Shown one piece after another: positions 28,977 to 39,478 of a stretch of 64,000 nt of DNA. The notes beneath the pieces were generated by a model. That model was not told the DNA's origin. It searched no databases and was given only the letters and a program-made list of their open reading frames with translations. The DNA is from an uncultured bacterium. GTDB lineage: Bacteria > Hydrothermota > UBA3073 > NMUJ01 > CBEVQO01. Positions within the stretch are counted from its first letter, which is position 1; every line of letters starts with the position of its first letter. A program made the translations under genes and the position numbers. Where the stretch lies: the NCBI GenBank assembly GCA_965552055.1, contig CBEVQO010000004.1, positions 160,001 to 224,000 of the forward strand. Reading direction: 5' to 3'.

Positions 28977-31550
28977 ATGAAGTCAAATGAATTTCGCAGA
29001 ATATTTCTTGAATTTTTTAAAGAAAGGGGGCACAAAATTTGTCCTTCTTCTCCTTTGATTCCCCGTGACCCCACGCTTTTATTCACATCGGCTGGTATGG
29101 TGCAGTTTAAACCTTTATGGTCAGGAGAATCTCCCCTTACATTCAGGCGAGCCACTTCCTGTCAGAAGTGCCTGAGAGCAACAGATTTGGAACAGGTAGG
29201 TTTTACTCCCCGTCATCTTACATTTTTTGAAATGCTTGGTAATTTTTCTTTTGGTGATTATTTTAAACTGGAAGCGATAAAATGGGCTTGGGAATTCGTT
29301 ACAGAAGTTATGAAACTTCCCAGAGATAGATTGTATATCTCTGTTTATGAAGAAGATGAAGAGGCATATAATATCTGGCGCGATGAGATAGGCATTTCTC
29401 CTGACAGGATTTATAAGTTTGGCAAAGAGGATAATTTCTGGGGACCTGCGGGTGATACAGGACCTTGTGGTCCCTGCACTGAAATTTTTTACGACCTCGG
29501 AGAGGAGATAGACCCCGGTAAAACAATTGCAGATGATAGTGATAGATATTTCGAAGTCTGGAATTTAGTTTTTCCTCAATATGATGCCCAGAAAGATGGT
29601 ACATTAAAACCTTTGAAAAACAGGGGAGTTGATACAGGTATGGGACTTGAGCGCGCACTTTGTGCAATGCAGGGTAAAAAAACAGTTTTTGAAACTGATG
29701 TTTTCGAACCAATAATTCAAAATATAGAAGATGAAATAAAAATTAAATACTTTGAAAAAAGAAAAATGTTCAATATAATAGCCGACCATATAAGGGCTTT
29801 GACATTTGCCATTTCCGAAGGTGTATTTCCGGGCAATACCGGCAGGGAGTATGTGATTCGCAGGATATTGCGTCGTGCAGTAAAAGAATATTATGATGCA
29901 GGGATTAAGGGACCTTTGCTTTATAAGTTTGTAAAATCTGTGGTTGATGTTATGGGTGATGCTTATCCCGAAATAAAAGGGAAAGTTGAGAGTGTATCTC
30001 TTGTCATAAAAGCTGAAGAAAAGCGTTTTCTTGATACCCTCTCAAGGGGCAAAGTCATTTTCACTGTTATAAGCAATAGTTTGAAAGAAAAAGGCAAAAG
30101 AGAATTTCCGCCAGAAGAGGCATTTAAACTTTATGATACCTATGGATTTCCTTTTGAATTAACAGAAGAATATGCGAAAAAGGAAGGTTTTGAAATTTCC
30201 CGCGAGAAATTTGAAAAATATCTTGAAAAACAAAGGGAACTTGCAAAGCGTTATGCGAAATTTAAAGCGGAAAAATTCGAGTGGAATATTTTGAAGGAAA
30301 TCGAAAAAGATGAATTTGTGGGATACAATACTTTGAAAATAGAAAGCAGGATTTGTATGTGGCGTAAAGATGATAAAAAATACTATTTAATACTTGAAAG
30401 AACTCCGTTTTATGCAGAAGAAGGAGGGCAGGTTGGAGATACGGGCAGGATTTATAATGATGATATGGAATTTATCGTTGAGGATACGCAATATTTTGAC
30501 AAATACAGGATGCATATCGGTATTTTGAAACAGGGGCAAATTACGGAAAGGGAAGTTATCTGTGAAGTTGATAAGGAGAGGCGTTTGTCGATTCAGCGCA
30601 ATCACACTGCTACTCATTTATTGCAATCTGCGTTAAGAAAGGTTTTGGGCGAGCATGTTCATCAGGCAGGTTCACTTGTTGCACCGGATAGATTGAGATT
30701 CGATTTCACACATTTTTGCAAACTCGAAAAGTTTGAGGTTGATAAAATAAGAGAATTGGTTAATGAATGGATAATGCAGGATGTTGAAGTTTTAACTTAT
30801 AATAAGAAATATTTTGATGCAATTGCAGAAGGTGCAATTGCTTTACCTGGAGCACAGTATGGAGAGATTGTAAGAGTTGTTGATATTAAAGGAATTTCAA
30901 AAGAATTATGTGGAGGTACTCATTGTAGAAGAACAGGTGAAATTGGCTTTTTTGAAATAATAGAAGAAAGTGCAATACATGCAGGTGTTAGAAGAATTGT
31001 TGCTCTAACGGGATTTTCCTTTTTGAATTTTTATCTTGACAATCAGCGGATTTTATTAAAATTGGCAAATATGATGGGTGTGGATGTTAATAATGTCCTT
31101 AAAAAAGTAGAGGGGGTCTTAAGTGAAAGAGATTTGCTCGAAAAAAAGTTAAATGAAGTTATGCGCGAAATGATTAAGTATAAGGCAAATGAATTGAGGG
31201 AGAAAAGCAAAAAGGTAAATGGAGTTGAAGTTATAATGTCTGAAGTATCTTTTGATGATATTGAATATGTGAGGTCTTTTGCTGATGTTTTGAGGAAAGA
31301 AAACAGTGTAGGAGTACTTGGATTTAAAAAGGGAAATAAACCTTCATTTATTGTTTTTGTAGGTGATAAATTGAAAGATAAGTTGAAAGCAGGTGATCTT
31401 GCTCGTGAACTGGGTAAGCTTGCAGGTGCAGGTGGAGGTGGCAAGCCCCACATGGCTCAGGCAGGCGGAGCAGTAGGAGCAGAGGTATCAAAAGTGTTGA
31501 AAGAATTTGAGAAAATAATAATTGATAAGATTAAAAAGTTAAATGTTTGA
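28977..31550 (+). CDS. alaS: Alanine--tRNA ligase
   Basis: LFTSAGM, HLTFFEMLGNFSFGDYFK, DTGMGLER, editing NHTATH/ELCGGTH and GGGGKPHMAQAGG. Confidence 0.98.
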   Translation: MKSNEFRRIFLEFFKERGHKICPSSPLIPRDPTLLFTSAGMVQFKPLWSGESPLTFRRATSCQKCLRATDLEQVGFTPRHLTFFEMLGNFSFGDYFKLEAIKWAWEFVTEVMKLPRDRLYISVYEEDEEAYNIWRDEIGISPDRIYKFGKEDNFWGPAGDTGPCGPCTEIFYDLGEEIDPGKTIADDSDRYFEVWNLVFPQYDAQKDGTLKPLKNRGVDTGMGLERALCAMQGKKTVFETDVFEPIIQNIEDEIKIKYFEKRKMFNIIADHIRALTFAISEGVFPGNTGREYVIRRILRRAVKEYYDAGIKGPLLYKFVKSVVDVMGDAYPEIKGKVESVSLVIKAEEKRFLDTLSRGKVIFTVISNSLKEKGKREFPPEEAFKLYDTYGFPFELTEEYAKKEGFEISREKFEKYLEKQRELAKRYAKFKAEKFEWNILKEIEKDEFVGYNTLKIESRICMWRKDDKKYYLILERTPFYAEEGGQVGDTGRIYNDDMEFIVEDTQYFDKYRMHIGILKQGQITEREVICEVDKERRLSIQRNHTATHLLQSALRKVLGEHVHQAGSLVAPDRLRFDFTHFCKLEKFEVDKIRELVNEWIMQDVEVLTYNKKYFDAIAEGAIALPGAQYGEIVRVVDIKGISKELCGGTHCRRTGEIGFFEIIEESAIHAGVRRIVALTGFSFLNFYLDNQRILLKLANMMGVDVNNVLKKVEGVLSERDLLEKKLNEVMREMIKYKANELREKSKKVNGVEVIMSEVSFDDIEYVRSFADVLRKENSVGVLGFKKGNKPSFIVFVGDKLKDKLKAGDLARELGKLAGAGGGGKPHMAQAGGAVGAEVSKVLKEFEKIIIDKIKKLNV

Positions 31551-31671
31551 TTTTGAGAAATATTTTAAAGAGGAGATATTTGGCGTAAAGCATGAATTAT
31601 GCATACAGAAGGTTTTCATGAAAAGAGATATTAGGAAATTGATTGAATTTGTAAATAAATAAGGGGGGTGT

Positions 31672-32679
31672 ATGCGTAAGTTGTTGTACTTGTTGTTGTG
31701 TGGTGTTTTGGCGACTGCATGTATAATCATAATATCGGGGGAGCCAGAGGTTGCAGAAGTGCACTTGATGGGGTCTGTGCAATACGCTCCGGATTTCGAT
31801 ACATCCGGCAAGTTCTCGATACCAATAATAGCACTGACAGAAGATGGTGATGTGATATCTTTGAAGTCCTCTAATGTGGCAATAATTGTAGATTCGGTTT
31901 CTCCTTCGGATGCATATTATGAAGTTACTGTGACGAGCGTTAAAAATACATCTCCTACTTCTAAGAAAATCGCAGTAGGACTGTTGCTTGACTCAAGCGG
32001 AAGTATGGAATGGAATGATTCTTTAGAGCTTCGAAAAGATGCAGCTAAAGAGTTTATAAGAAAATTGTTAAATAATTCTACTTCGCATTTGTGCGGTGTG
32101 TTCGATTTTGCTGCAGGACACGGTGATGCGAATAACGATGGAATAGATGACTATTATTTCAGAATAATATGCGATTATAGGAGCGTGAAGGATACCGTTG
32201 AGCTCTTTGGAGCAATTGAAAGTGTCACTGCAGAGGGCGGAACTCCTTTATACGACGCAATATGTTATTTGCTCGACCATACCAATAATAATGTATCCAC
32301 TTCTTATGGGAGAGCAATTTTATGCTTAACGGATGGAGAAGATAATGATAGTTACAATGATACTTCGGATGTTATTTCTAAATCTATTGATTATGGGATA
32401 CCGGTTTATGGGGTTGGCCTTGGTGACACATCTGATATAGACTTTTCTGAATTTAAGGAAACCTGTGAGAGGACGGGAGGAGTATTTGCTTATGCAATTG
32501 ATCCTGATGCTCTTGATAAAATATTTACTGCAATGGGTACAGGACTCACAGAGGGCTATACATTAGTTGGAGCACAAATAAATCCGGTTCCAGAAGCAGG
32601 TCATATAATTTATTGTAGAATTGAAGTTAATTCGGGCGGTTCCTCTGCTTATGCTCATTTTGTAATTTACGCTCCTTAA
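31672..32679 (+). CDS. VWA-domain lipoprotein
   Basis: Lipobox LATAC; MIDAS DSSGS, GGTPLYDA and LTDGEDN. Confidence 0.85.
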   Translation: MRKLLYLLLCGVLATACIIIISGEPEVAEVHLMGSVQYAPDFDTSGKFSIPIIALTEDGDVISLKSSNVAIIVDSVSPSDAYYEVTVTSVKNTSPTSKKIAVGLLLDSSGSMEWNDSLELRKDAAKEFIRKLLNNSTSHLCGVFDFAAGHGDANNDGIDDYYFRIICDYRSVKDTVELFGAIESVTAEGGTPLYDAICYLLDHTNNNVSTSYGRAILCLTDGEDNDSYNDTSDVISKSIDYGIPVYGVGLGDTSDIDFSEFKETCERTGGVFAYAIDPDALDKIFTAMGTGLTEGYTLVGAQINPVPEAGHIIYCRIEVNSGGSSAYAHFVIYAP

Positions 32680-33296
32680 TGGTAGTACTTGCTATAGGAG
32701 CACATCCTGATGATATTGAATACGGCTGCGGTGGTAGCTTGTTAAAACATAAGTTCTTGCACAATCACAAAGTATATTTGCTCGTAATTACAAGGGGTGA
32801 GATGTCAGGTGGAGCAGAAGTACGGACCAGAGAGCAGGAAGATGCTGCACGCTTTTTAAAAGCAGATGGATTGTTCTGGGGAGGATTTAAAGATACAGAG
32901 ATTCCCGAAGGTAAACCTTTGATAGAAAAAATTGATGAGATAATATCCAAAGTAAAACCCGACTTAATTTATGTTAATTATCCGGACGATGCACATCAGG
33001 ACCACAGAGCTGTTGCAAATGCAACAATAGCTGCCTGCAGATATTCGAAAAGAGTTTTATTCTATGAAGATTATACCACAAGAAATTTTGAGCCCAATGT
33101 ATTTGTTGATATTGCAGATGTACTTGATAAAAAAATAGAATTGCTGAAAATTCATCGCTCACAGGTTGAGAAACCTTATCCTACGGGTCTTGATATGCTT
33201 GAGAGTGTGCATTCTATTGCCAGTTTTCGTGGCTTTCAGGGTAAGGTGAAATATGCAGAAGGTTTTGTAGCTTTGCGTTATCTTTTGCCAATTTGA
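32679..33296 (+). CDS. PIG-L/LmbE family deacetylase
   Basis: AHPDD and HQDH. Confidence 0.92.
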   Translation: MVVLAIGAHPDDIEYGCGGSLLKHKFLHNHKVYLLVITRGEMSGGAEVRTREQEDAARFLKADGLFWGGFKDTEIPEGKPLIEKIDEIISKVKPDLIYVNYPDDAHQDHRAVANATIAACRYSKRVLFYEDYTTRNFEPNVFVDIADVLDKKIELLKIHRSQVEKPYPTGLDMLESVHSIASFRGFQGKVKYAEGFVALRYLLPI

Positions 33297-33297
33297 T

Positions 33298-33726
33298 ATG
33301 GAAAAGTGGATGAGAGAAGCGTTAAAGGAAGCTATTAAAGCGTTTCATGAAGGTGAAGTTCCTGTTGGTGCTGTTGTTATACACGAGGATAGAGTAATAG
33401 GGCGTGGTCATAATCAGGTTGAGCACTTAAAAGACCCCACGGCTCATGCAGAGATAATTGCTATAACTGCTGCTGCAAATACGCTCGGTGACTGGCGACT
33501 CGATGGATGTGAAATTTATGTTACAAAAGAACCATGTCCTATGTGTGCAGGTGCTATAATGCTATCACGCATCAAAAAATGTGTGTTCGGGATAAAAGAT
33601 GAGAAAATGGGAGCACTTTTGAGCCGTTATTCGATAAAAAGAGAAGACCTCGAAATTTATTATGGTGTGCTTGCAGATGATTGCTTAAACCTACTTCAGG
33701 AATTTTTCCGCAGACTACGGGTGTAA
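33298..33726 (+). CDS. tadA: tRNA adenosine(34) deaminase
   Basis: EVPVGAV, DPTAHAE and EPCPMCAGA. Confidence 0.92.
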   Translation: MEKWMREALKEAIKAFHEGEVPVGAVVIHEDRVIGRGHNQVEHLKDPTAHAEIIAITAAANTLGDWRLDGCEIYVTKEPCPMCAGAIMLSRIKKCVFGIKDEKMGALLSRYSIKREDLEIYYGVLADDCLNLLQEFFRRLRV

Positions 33727-33728
33727 TA

Positions 33729-34421
33729 TTATAAATAAGTTCGGTAAACTATTTTTATAGTGCGATTCGTTGTTTTCTCTGTATATTTTTTGGTGCAACT
33801 GAATAAATCTCTAAAAAGTAATTCGATTGATATATCTTCGTATTTGAATCTTATCCCAAATGATAAGTATCCCGGGAATTCCATTTGTGGCTGATTTAGT
33901 CCCAAATAATATTCAGCGAGTAATGAAAATTCTTCCGTTACTTTAAGAGATACTCCTCCGAAGATATCAAAAGGATTTTGTCCTTTTTTAGTTTCTGTCA
34001 GGTTATAGTTTGCACCTGCGCCCCATGTGATTATTTCTTTAAAGTCAGAGCCAGCAACAAGGTAAGCTCCTTTTGATTTGATAAAATATCCTTCATATTC
34101 TATTCCGTTTGCGCTGTGAGTTGCCCATTCTTCATGTCCCTGTATATCCAGTCCGATGGCTATTTTTGGTTTTTCCCACAATTTATATTTTATCTGAGTG
34201 CCAATCCTTGGATAAAAGCGTGGTTTACCATATCCTATTATTTTTTCGCCACCATAAGAGACACCTATCAGGAAATTGTCAAGTATGCCGACATCTATAT
34301 ATCCAACGAGCCCGCCCTCAGGTTCTGCTCTTAATTTAACTTCTATCTGTGCTCTTTCAAGGGCATCAGGTGTGGGACAATCGATAAATTCGGTCATTGC
34401 TATAAAAATTAATGTAAGCAT
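33729..34421 (-). CDS. Putative outer-membrane beta-barrel (YjbH-like)
   Basis: Short hydrophobic N-terminus, IDCPT motif, alternating beta strands and an aromatic C-terminus. Confidence 0.55.
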   Translation of the reverse strand: MLTLIFIAMTEFIDCPTPDALERAQIEVKLRAEPEGGLVGYIDVGILDNFLIGVSYGGEKIIGYGKPRFYPRIGTQIKYKLWEKPKIAIGLDIQGHEEWATHSANGIEYEGYFIKSKGAYLVAGSDFKEIITWGAGANYNLTETKKGQNPFDIFGGVSLKVTEEFSLLAEYYLGLNQPQMEFPGYLSFGIRFKYEDISIELLFRDLFSCTKKYTEKTTNRTIKIVYRTYL

Positions 34422-34422
34422 T

Positions 34423-35762
34423 TTACCCCCCTGCTTCTTTTATAATGCGCCATAGTTCTTCGGCAGAATAGATAAAATTTAAGCACAGAAATAGGGTTAT
34501 ATCGGCAAATCCTCTGTATAATGTGGGATAAATTATAAATGCGTCAAAATAGAGATTTTGACCCCATAAATATCTTATTCCAAGAGCAAATACATTATAA
34601 CCCGTTACATCTGATTTTAGATTGTCGCAATCAAATTTTAATCTGTGTTCCCTTGAGTATTCAGCAATAAGAGTTATTGCGTTTGTAAGTGATATGTAGC
34701 CTGCGAGTCCTGCATCGAAGTTTAATGTCTTTTTTTCCTGTATATCATAACCATCTGTTACAATTTTTGTCCTGTGGTCATAAATTCCCAATTTTGCTAA
34801 TGCTTTAATTTTGCCGAAATCCTTTTCGAATATCACACCAAGTTCACCATACCTTGCTCCGAGATAAAATACATTTGTCGGAGAGACAGCACTTTCGTAA
34901 TAAATACTTTCCCAGTGAATAAGGGGAGATAATTTTCCAAAAAGAGCAATAGCCGGTATCATTTTGCCTTTTTCTTCCAGTAATTTTAATTTTAAAATTC
35001 CTCCTCCCATTGTAAATGTTTTGTAATATCTTTGTGGTAAGAATTTGCCTGCAGGTAAATTTGTTAGTTTTTCTTCAAAGAAAATGCCAGCTTCAGCGAT
35101 ATTGCCAAAACCTATCCTTAAATTTGTACAACGCATAAAAGATGTAAAAGGATAAATTCCAGAAGATAAATCAAAAAACAAAAACCTATCTGTAACAGGA
35201 TAAGCTCTTTCCGATAAAAATAATCGAGGTAAAGTTAATTGAGAAAACAAGTTAAAGGCTAAAAATAAAGCGATGATAAAACCCTTGCATTTTAATGCAA
35301 TGCTAAATTTTTCTGCTTCTTTGAAAGTGCTTTTTAAAATCTGGGAGAAAATTTTAAAAAAAGGTAAATTTCTTTTTTGTAAAATAATCATTTTCTTTTT
35401 AAAATTTTCGGCAATTTTTAAAGATATTAAAGTGATGAAAGTAAAATTGTTTTTAAATTTTGTGAAATCTTTTTTCTTTAACAATAGTGATAAAGATATT
35501 GCGAATATTATCCAGAAGTAGATTTTTATGCTTTGAAGTAGAGCAGAAGTTAAATCTCCGGTATCGATAAAAATAAACATGAAATTAAAAAGTGGTATCG
35601 GACAAAAGATGATAGATGGTAATAAAAATTTTTTCCTGTGAAAGAAGGAAGAGACGAAAAAGATGAAGAAAAGACCAATAAGAGGTTGAAAAAAGAAAAG
35701 GGGGAGGGAGGGGAGGATTAAACTAAGATTTATCTTCCTGTTCTTCCTTATATTCTTCATAT
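34423..35762 (-). CDS. Hypothetical membrane protein: degenerate EcfT-like N-terminus fused to barrel-like domain (start uncertain)
   Basis: TM helices then KEAEKFSIALKCKGF (cf. the EcfT xRx motif), a signal-like stretch and a beta-rich remainder. Confidence 0.5.
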
Positions 35763-37342
35763 GCTCTTCTTTCCATTTCTTCATAATAACCTGTTTCTGA
35801 TAAAATAACACTTCTTCTTTTTTCGTTTATTTCGATTACTTTTAGATTCAGGATATCTCCTATTGAGTATTTTGTGTGTATTTTTCTTGCTTTTTCTACC
35901 AGATGCGAATAAGGCACAAATCCTTCGACCTCAGGGACATCAGGAAATTCTATTATTACGCCTTTGTTGTGTATCCCTTTGATTCTGCCTTTAACAAGGT
36001 CTCCTATGGGATGTTTCCTCTGGAATTCTTTCAATGGGTCTTCTTTTAATTGTTTCAGTCCGAGTGATATTCTTCTGTTTTCTTTATCAACTTCGAGCAC
36101 CTTACATTGTATAATTTCTCCTCTTTTTAATATATCAGATGGGTGTTCGATTTTCTTTGTCCATGACATATCTTTTATGTGTAAGAGACCATCTACCCCG
36201 TCTTTCAATGTTATGAAAGCACCGAAATTCGTGAAATTCTTTACCTTGCCTTTTACCACAGAGCCTACGGGAAATTCTTTATCAACGGTTTCCCATGGGT
36301 CAGGTAAAGTTCTTTTTAAAGATAGTGCTATCTTTTCATTTTCCTTATCGACATTTAATACAACTACTTCGACTTCATCTCCTACTTTTACAGCCTGAGA
36401 TGGATGCTTTATTTCTCCCCATGATAGTTCAGAGATATGTATAAGTCCTTCTACTCCTGGCTCAAGTTCAACGAATACTCCGTAATCTACAATTGATACA
36501 ACTTTGCCTTTTACTTTTGAACCAACGGGATATTTTTTATCAACATTTTTCCATGGATATTCCTGTAAATCTTTAATTGATAATGTTACTCTTTTAGATT
36601 CTTTATCGACCTCTTTTACTTTTACTTTTACTTTGTCTCCCACCTGCACAACTTCTGATGGATGGGTTACCCTACCCCAGCTCAGGTCAGATATATGGAT
36701 GAGGCCCTCGAGTCCTCCGAGGTCAACGAACACCCCGAAATCTGTTATGGTTTTTACAGTGCCCTCCCATACTTGTCCTGGTTCTATTTTTTCAAGTATT
36801 TCTTTGGCTTTCTTTTGAGCTTCTTCTTCGAGAAGTTCCCTTCTTGAAACTATGATATTTCTTTGTGCTCTATTTGCTTTTATTACTTTAAATCTGAATT
36901 TCTCACCGATTAGTTTATTAAGGTCTGTTACTGGTTTTATATCAGCGTGTGAGCCTGGCATGAATGCACGCACACCATCTATATCCACGATGGCTCCTCC
37001 TTTTACAATTTTTATCACCCTGCCCTCGACAGGAGTTCCTTCGGCGAATGCTTTTTCAATCTTATCCCATACTATCATCTGGTCTGCACGCTCCTTCGAG
37101 AGAACAGGTATGCCTGTTTCGGGTTCAATCCTTTCGATAAAGACCTTTATCTCGTTGCCTTCTTTCAGCTCTTCCTCTTTAAATTCGGTGATGGGAACAA
37201 CTCCTTCTGCTTTATAGCCGATATCAACTATCACTTCTTTTTCCGTTATCTTTACGATTTTGCCATCCACTATTTCGCCTTCTGATATTTTTCTCAGATA
37301 TTTATCAACCGATGCAAGGAGGTCTTCTTTCTTTACTTCCAT
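35723..37342 (-). CDS. rpsA: 30S ribosomal protein S1
   Basis: Six S1 repeats (GLIHISDLSW, GLIHISELSW, GLLHIKDMSW); ATG at 37342 follows GGAGGTG. Confidence 0.96.
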   Translation of the reverse strand: MEVKKEDLLASVDKYLRKISEGEIVDGKIVKITEKEVIVDIGYKAEGVVPITEFKEEELKEGNEIKVFIERIEPETGIPVLSKERADQMIVWDKIEKAFAEGTPVEGRVIKIVKGGAIVDIDGVRAFMPGSHADIKPVTDLNKLIGEKFRFKVIKANRAQRNIIVSRRELLEEEAQKKAKEILEKIEPGQVWEGTVKTITDFGVFVDLGGLEGLIHISDLSWGRVTHPSEVVQVGDKVKVKVKEVDKESKRVTLSIKDLQEYPWKNVDKKYPVGSKVKGKVVSIVDYGVFVELEPGVEGLIHISELSWGEIKHPSQAVKVGDEVEVVVLNVDKENEKIALSLKRTLPDPWETVDKEFPVGSVVKGKVKNFTNFGAFITLKDGVDGLLHIKDMSWTKKIEHPSDILKRGEIIQCKVLEVDKENRRISLGLKQLKEDPLKEFQRKHPIGDLVKGRIKGIHNKGVIIEFPDVPEVEGFVPYSHLVEKARKIHTKYSIGDILNLKVIEINEKRRSVILSETGYYEEMERRAYEEYKEEQEDKS

Positions 37343-37363
37343 ACCCTCACCTCCTAATCTCTT

Positions 37364-37390
37364 AAAATAATGAAATATGGTTTTCGTCAA
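37364..37390 (-). promoter_or_regulatory. sigma70-like promoter TTGACG-N15-TATTTT (rpsA)
   Basis: Boxes read on the minus strand upstream of the rpsA RBS. Confidence 0.5.
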
Positions 37391-37398
37391 GTAAAAAT

Positions 37399-37743
37399 TT
37401 AAATTTCTTCAATCTCCTCAGGAGTGCCGTAAACTTCTTCTAATTTTATCATCATTATTCTTGATACTCCTTTTGCCTCGAGGTCAATATCCACGGTTTT
37501 CAGCATATTTATCAGCTCTTTTCCTGCGTTTTTATTATCCGTTATTGCGAATATTACCTTTGAGAAGGGTCTTTCTCCCATACCGAGTCTTAATCCTGCG
37601 AAAATTGGCACCCTGTAAGCCAAAGCACGCTTCGTGCTCTCTGCATCCATGGTTATGGCGTCTTCAACTCCAAGCTCAAGCAAAGCTTCAAGAATATCAT
37701 TTAAATATTCTTCACGATGAAGGATTATTATCAAAAGATACAT
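37399..37743 (-). CDS. PII-like small protein
   Basis: MYLLIIILHREEYLNDILEALLELGV...PIFAGLR; PII-like beta-alpha-beta pattern, 114 aa. Confidence 0.65.
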   Translation of the reverse strand: MYLLIIILHREEYLNDILEALLELGVEDAITMDAESTKRALAYRVPIFAGLRLGMGERPFSKVIFAITDNKNAGKELINMLKTVDIDLEAKGVSRIMMIKLEEVYGTPEEIEEI

Positions 37744-38261
37744 TACTCCTCCTGTTTGTAAATAATCCTTCCTTTTTTCATCTTTACTTTTACTTCTTCT
37801 GGTGCGATTCCATCGAAGTCAGCTATCACTTTTATTATATCGTCTTCGGATGTTGCCTTCTTCAATGCTTCTCTCATTATTTTTGATTTCAGTAATCTTG
37901 CTATTTTTGCAACTGTTTGTATGTATTCCTTTCTTGCTTTCTCCGGTGCAAGAATCATAAAAATCACATACACAGGTTTACCATCGAGTGCTTCAAAATC
38001 GACCCCCTTTCTGGATATCCCAAGTGCTACCTTAAGTTCTTTTACTTCAGAAGACCTGCAGTGAGGAATCGCTATACCTTCGCCAATAGCAGTAGATTCA
38101 ATTTGCTCCCTTTGCATAACAGCATCTATCACTTTCCTTTTATCTCCTATGACCCCCTTTTTCTCAAACAATTCGACCATTTCTTTTATTATGTCTTCTT
38201 TTTTTGTTGATTCTATTTCGAGTTTGATCAAATCCCCATCTATTAAGTCACTTAACAACAT
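37743..38261 (-). CDS. PTS EIIA (Fru/Ntr-type) domain protein
   Basis: RE...STAIGEGIAIPH phospho-His motif; GVDFEALDGKPV. Confidence 0.9.
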   Translation of the reverse strand: MLLSDLIDGDLIKLEIESTKKEDIIKEMVELFEKKGVIGDKRKVIDAVMQREQIESTAIGEGIAIPHCRSSEVKELKVALGISRKGVDFEALDGKPVYVIFMILAPEKARKEYIQTVAKIARLLKSKIMREALKKATSEDDIIKVIADFDGIAPEEVKVKMKKGRIIYKQEE

Positions 38262-38272
38262 CTCCCCCTCCT

Positions 38273-39478
38273 TTAATATATCTCTTTTTTGGTTTTGTCA
38301 ATTCTTTTTACCTCTCCTGCTTTTTTAATTGCCCATTTTGTGAGTATGGGACCTACGAATTCCGTTACTATTGTTGTCCCAAGTGCTATTGCTATTATTG
38401 TATCTCCAACCTGTGGAAATTCTTTTGCTGCGTAAAGGCATAGACCTATTGCTATCCCTGCCTGTGAAAATAATCCAAAGCCCGTGTATTTGCGAAGAAC
38501 AGCAGGCGCTTTTCCAATAACTGCACCAAAAAATGCACCAAAGATTTTACCGCTGAATCTACAAAGTAAGTAAACAAGAGCAACGAGACCCAGTTTCATC
38601 AACAGATGAATATTCAGGCGCGCACCAGCAAGCACAAAATAAATTACATAAAAGGGAAGTGAGAAATTTTCAAAAACAGTGAAAACAGTTCCCCTGCGTA
38701 CAGAATAATTTGAGACTATAAATCCGAGCATCATTGCACATAAAAGAGGAGAAAAGCGAATACCCCATGGTTTAGTCTGCAATAAGCCAGAAAACAACAT
38801 TATGGTGCCGATTGTGACAACAAGAACATTTAATGGGTCTTTTACTTTTCTTAAAATAAAAAGAAGTAAAATCCCGGAGAGCCATCCTGTAAAAAGCGAG
38901 AAGAATATCCCCGCTATAATTTTTAATAGTAAAATTCCGAAAGATATTTTCAATTTATCAAAAGCAATATGTGCGATTGATGCAGAAATCGAATAGAGCA
39001 TGAGACCTATTGCGTCATCCATACCGACGCAGGCAAGGAGAGTTTGGGTTAAAGGACCTGATGCCCTGTATTCCGCGAGCACCATAACGGTTACTGCAGG
39101 AGCAGTTGCGCAGCCAATAGCCGCAATTAAAAGCGAAAGCGGTAAAGATAAATGGAGCAAAAACATACCAATAAAGAGGAATAAAAATGTAAATAATGTC
39201 TCAAAAATTATTATTAAAATTAAAGGTTTACCAAGTCTTTTAAAAGTCGAAATCTTCAATTCCATTCCGACATTGAATGCAACAAGCAAAAGAGCGAATT
39301 CAATGAGCCATGTTAATTCAAGGTTCAATTCAAGTGGAATTAATTTTAAGAAAGATACACCAAAAGCAAGTCCAATTAGAATATATCCCGTTACCGTTGG
39401 AAATTTTAATTTAGAAATAAATTTGCCAGCGAAAAATCCAAAGAATAATATTATACCTATTGCAAGAATTTCACTCAT
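38273..39478 (-). CDS. Cation:proton antiporter (CPA2)
   Basis: PTVTGY, ATAPA, GMDDA and SQAGIAIG; multiple TM helices. Confidence 0.88.
   Translation of the reverse strand: MSEILAIGIILFFGFFAGKFISKLKFPTVTGYILIGLAFGVSFLKLIPLELNLELTWLIEFALLLVAFNVGMELKISTFKRLGKPLILIIIFETLFTFLFLFIGMFLLHLSLPLSLLIAAIGCATAPAVTVMVLAEYRASGPLTQTLLACVGMDDAIGLMLYSISASIAHIAFDKLKISFGILLLKIIAGIFFSLFTGWLSGILLLFILRKVKDPLNVLVVTIGTIMLFSGLLQTKPWGIRFSPLLCAMMLGFIVSNYSVRRGTVFTVFENFSLPFYVIYFVLAGARLNIHLLMKLGLVALVYLLCRFSGKIFGAFFGAVIGKAPAVLRKYTGFGLFSQAGIAIGLCLYAAKEFPQVGDTIIAIALGTTIVTEFVGPILTKWAIKKAGEVKRIDKTKKEIY

Noticed and set aside
35964..37217. Antisense ORFs opposite rpsA and other long genes
   Set aside because: Shadow frames of strongly supported genes, with no motifs or RBS.
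37343..37390. N-terminal extension of RpsA from TTG 37390 (likewise CBS from 41053)
   Set aside because: These TTGs are the first bases of -35 TTGAC boxes; better starts are ATG 37342 and ATG 41020.
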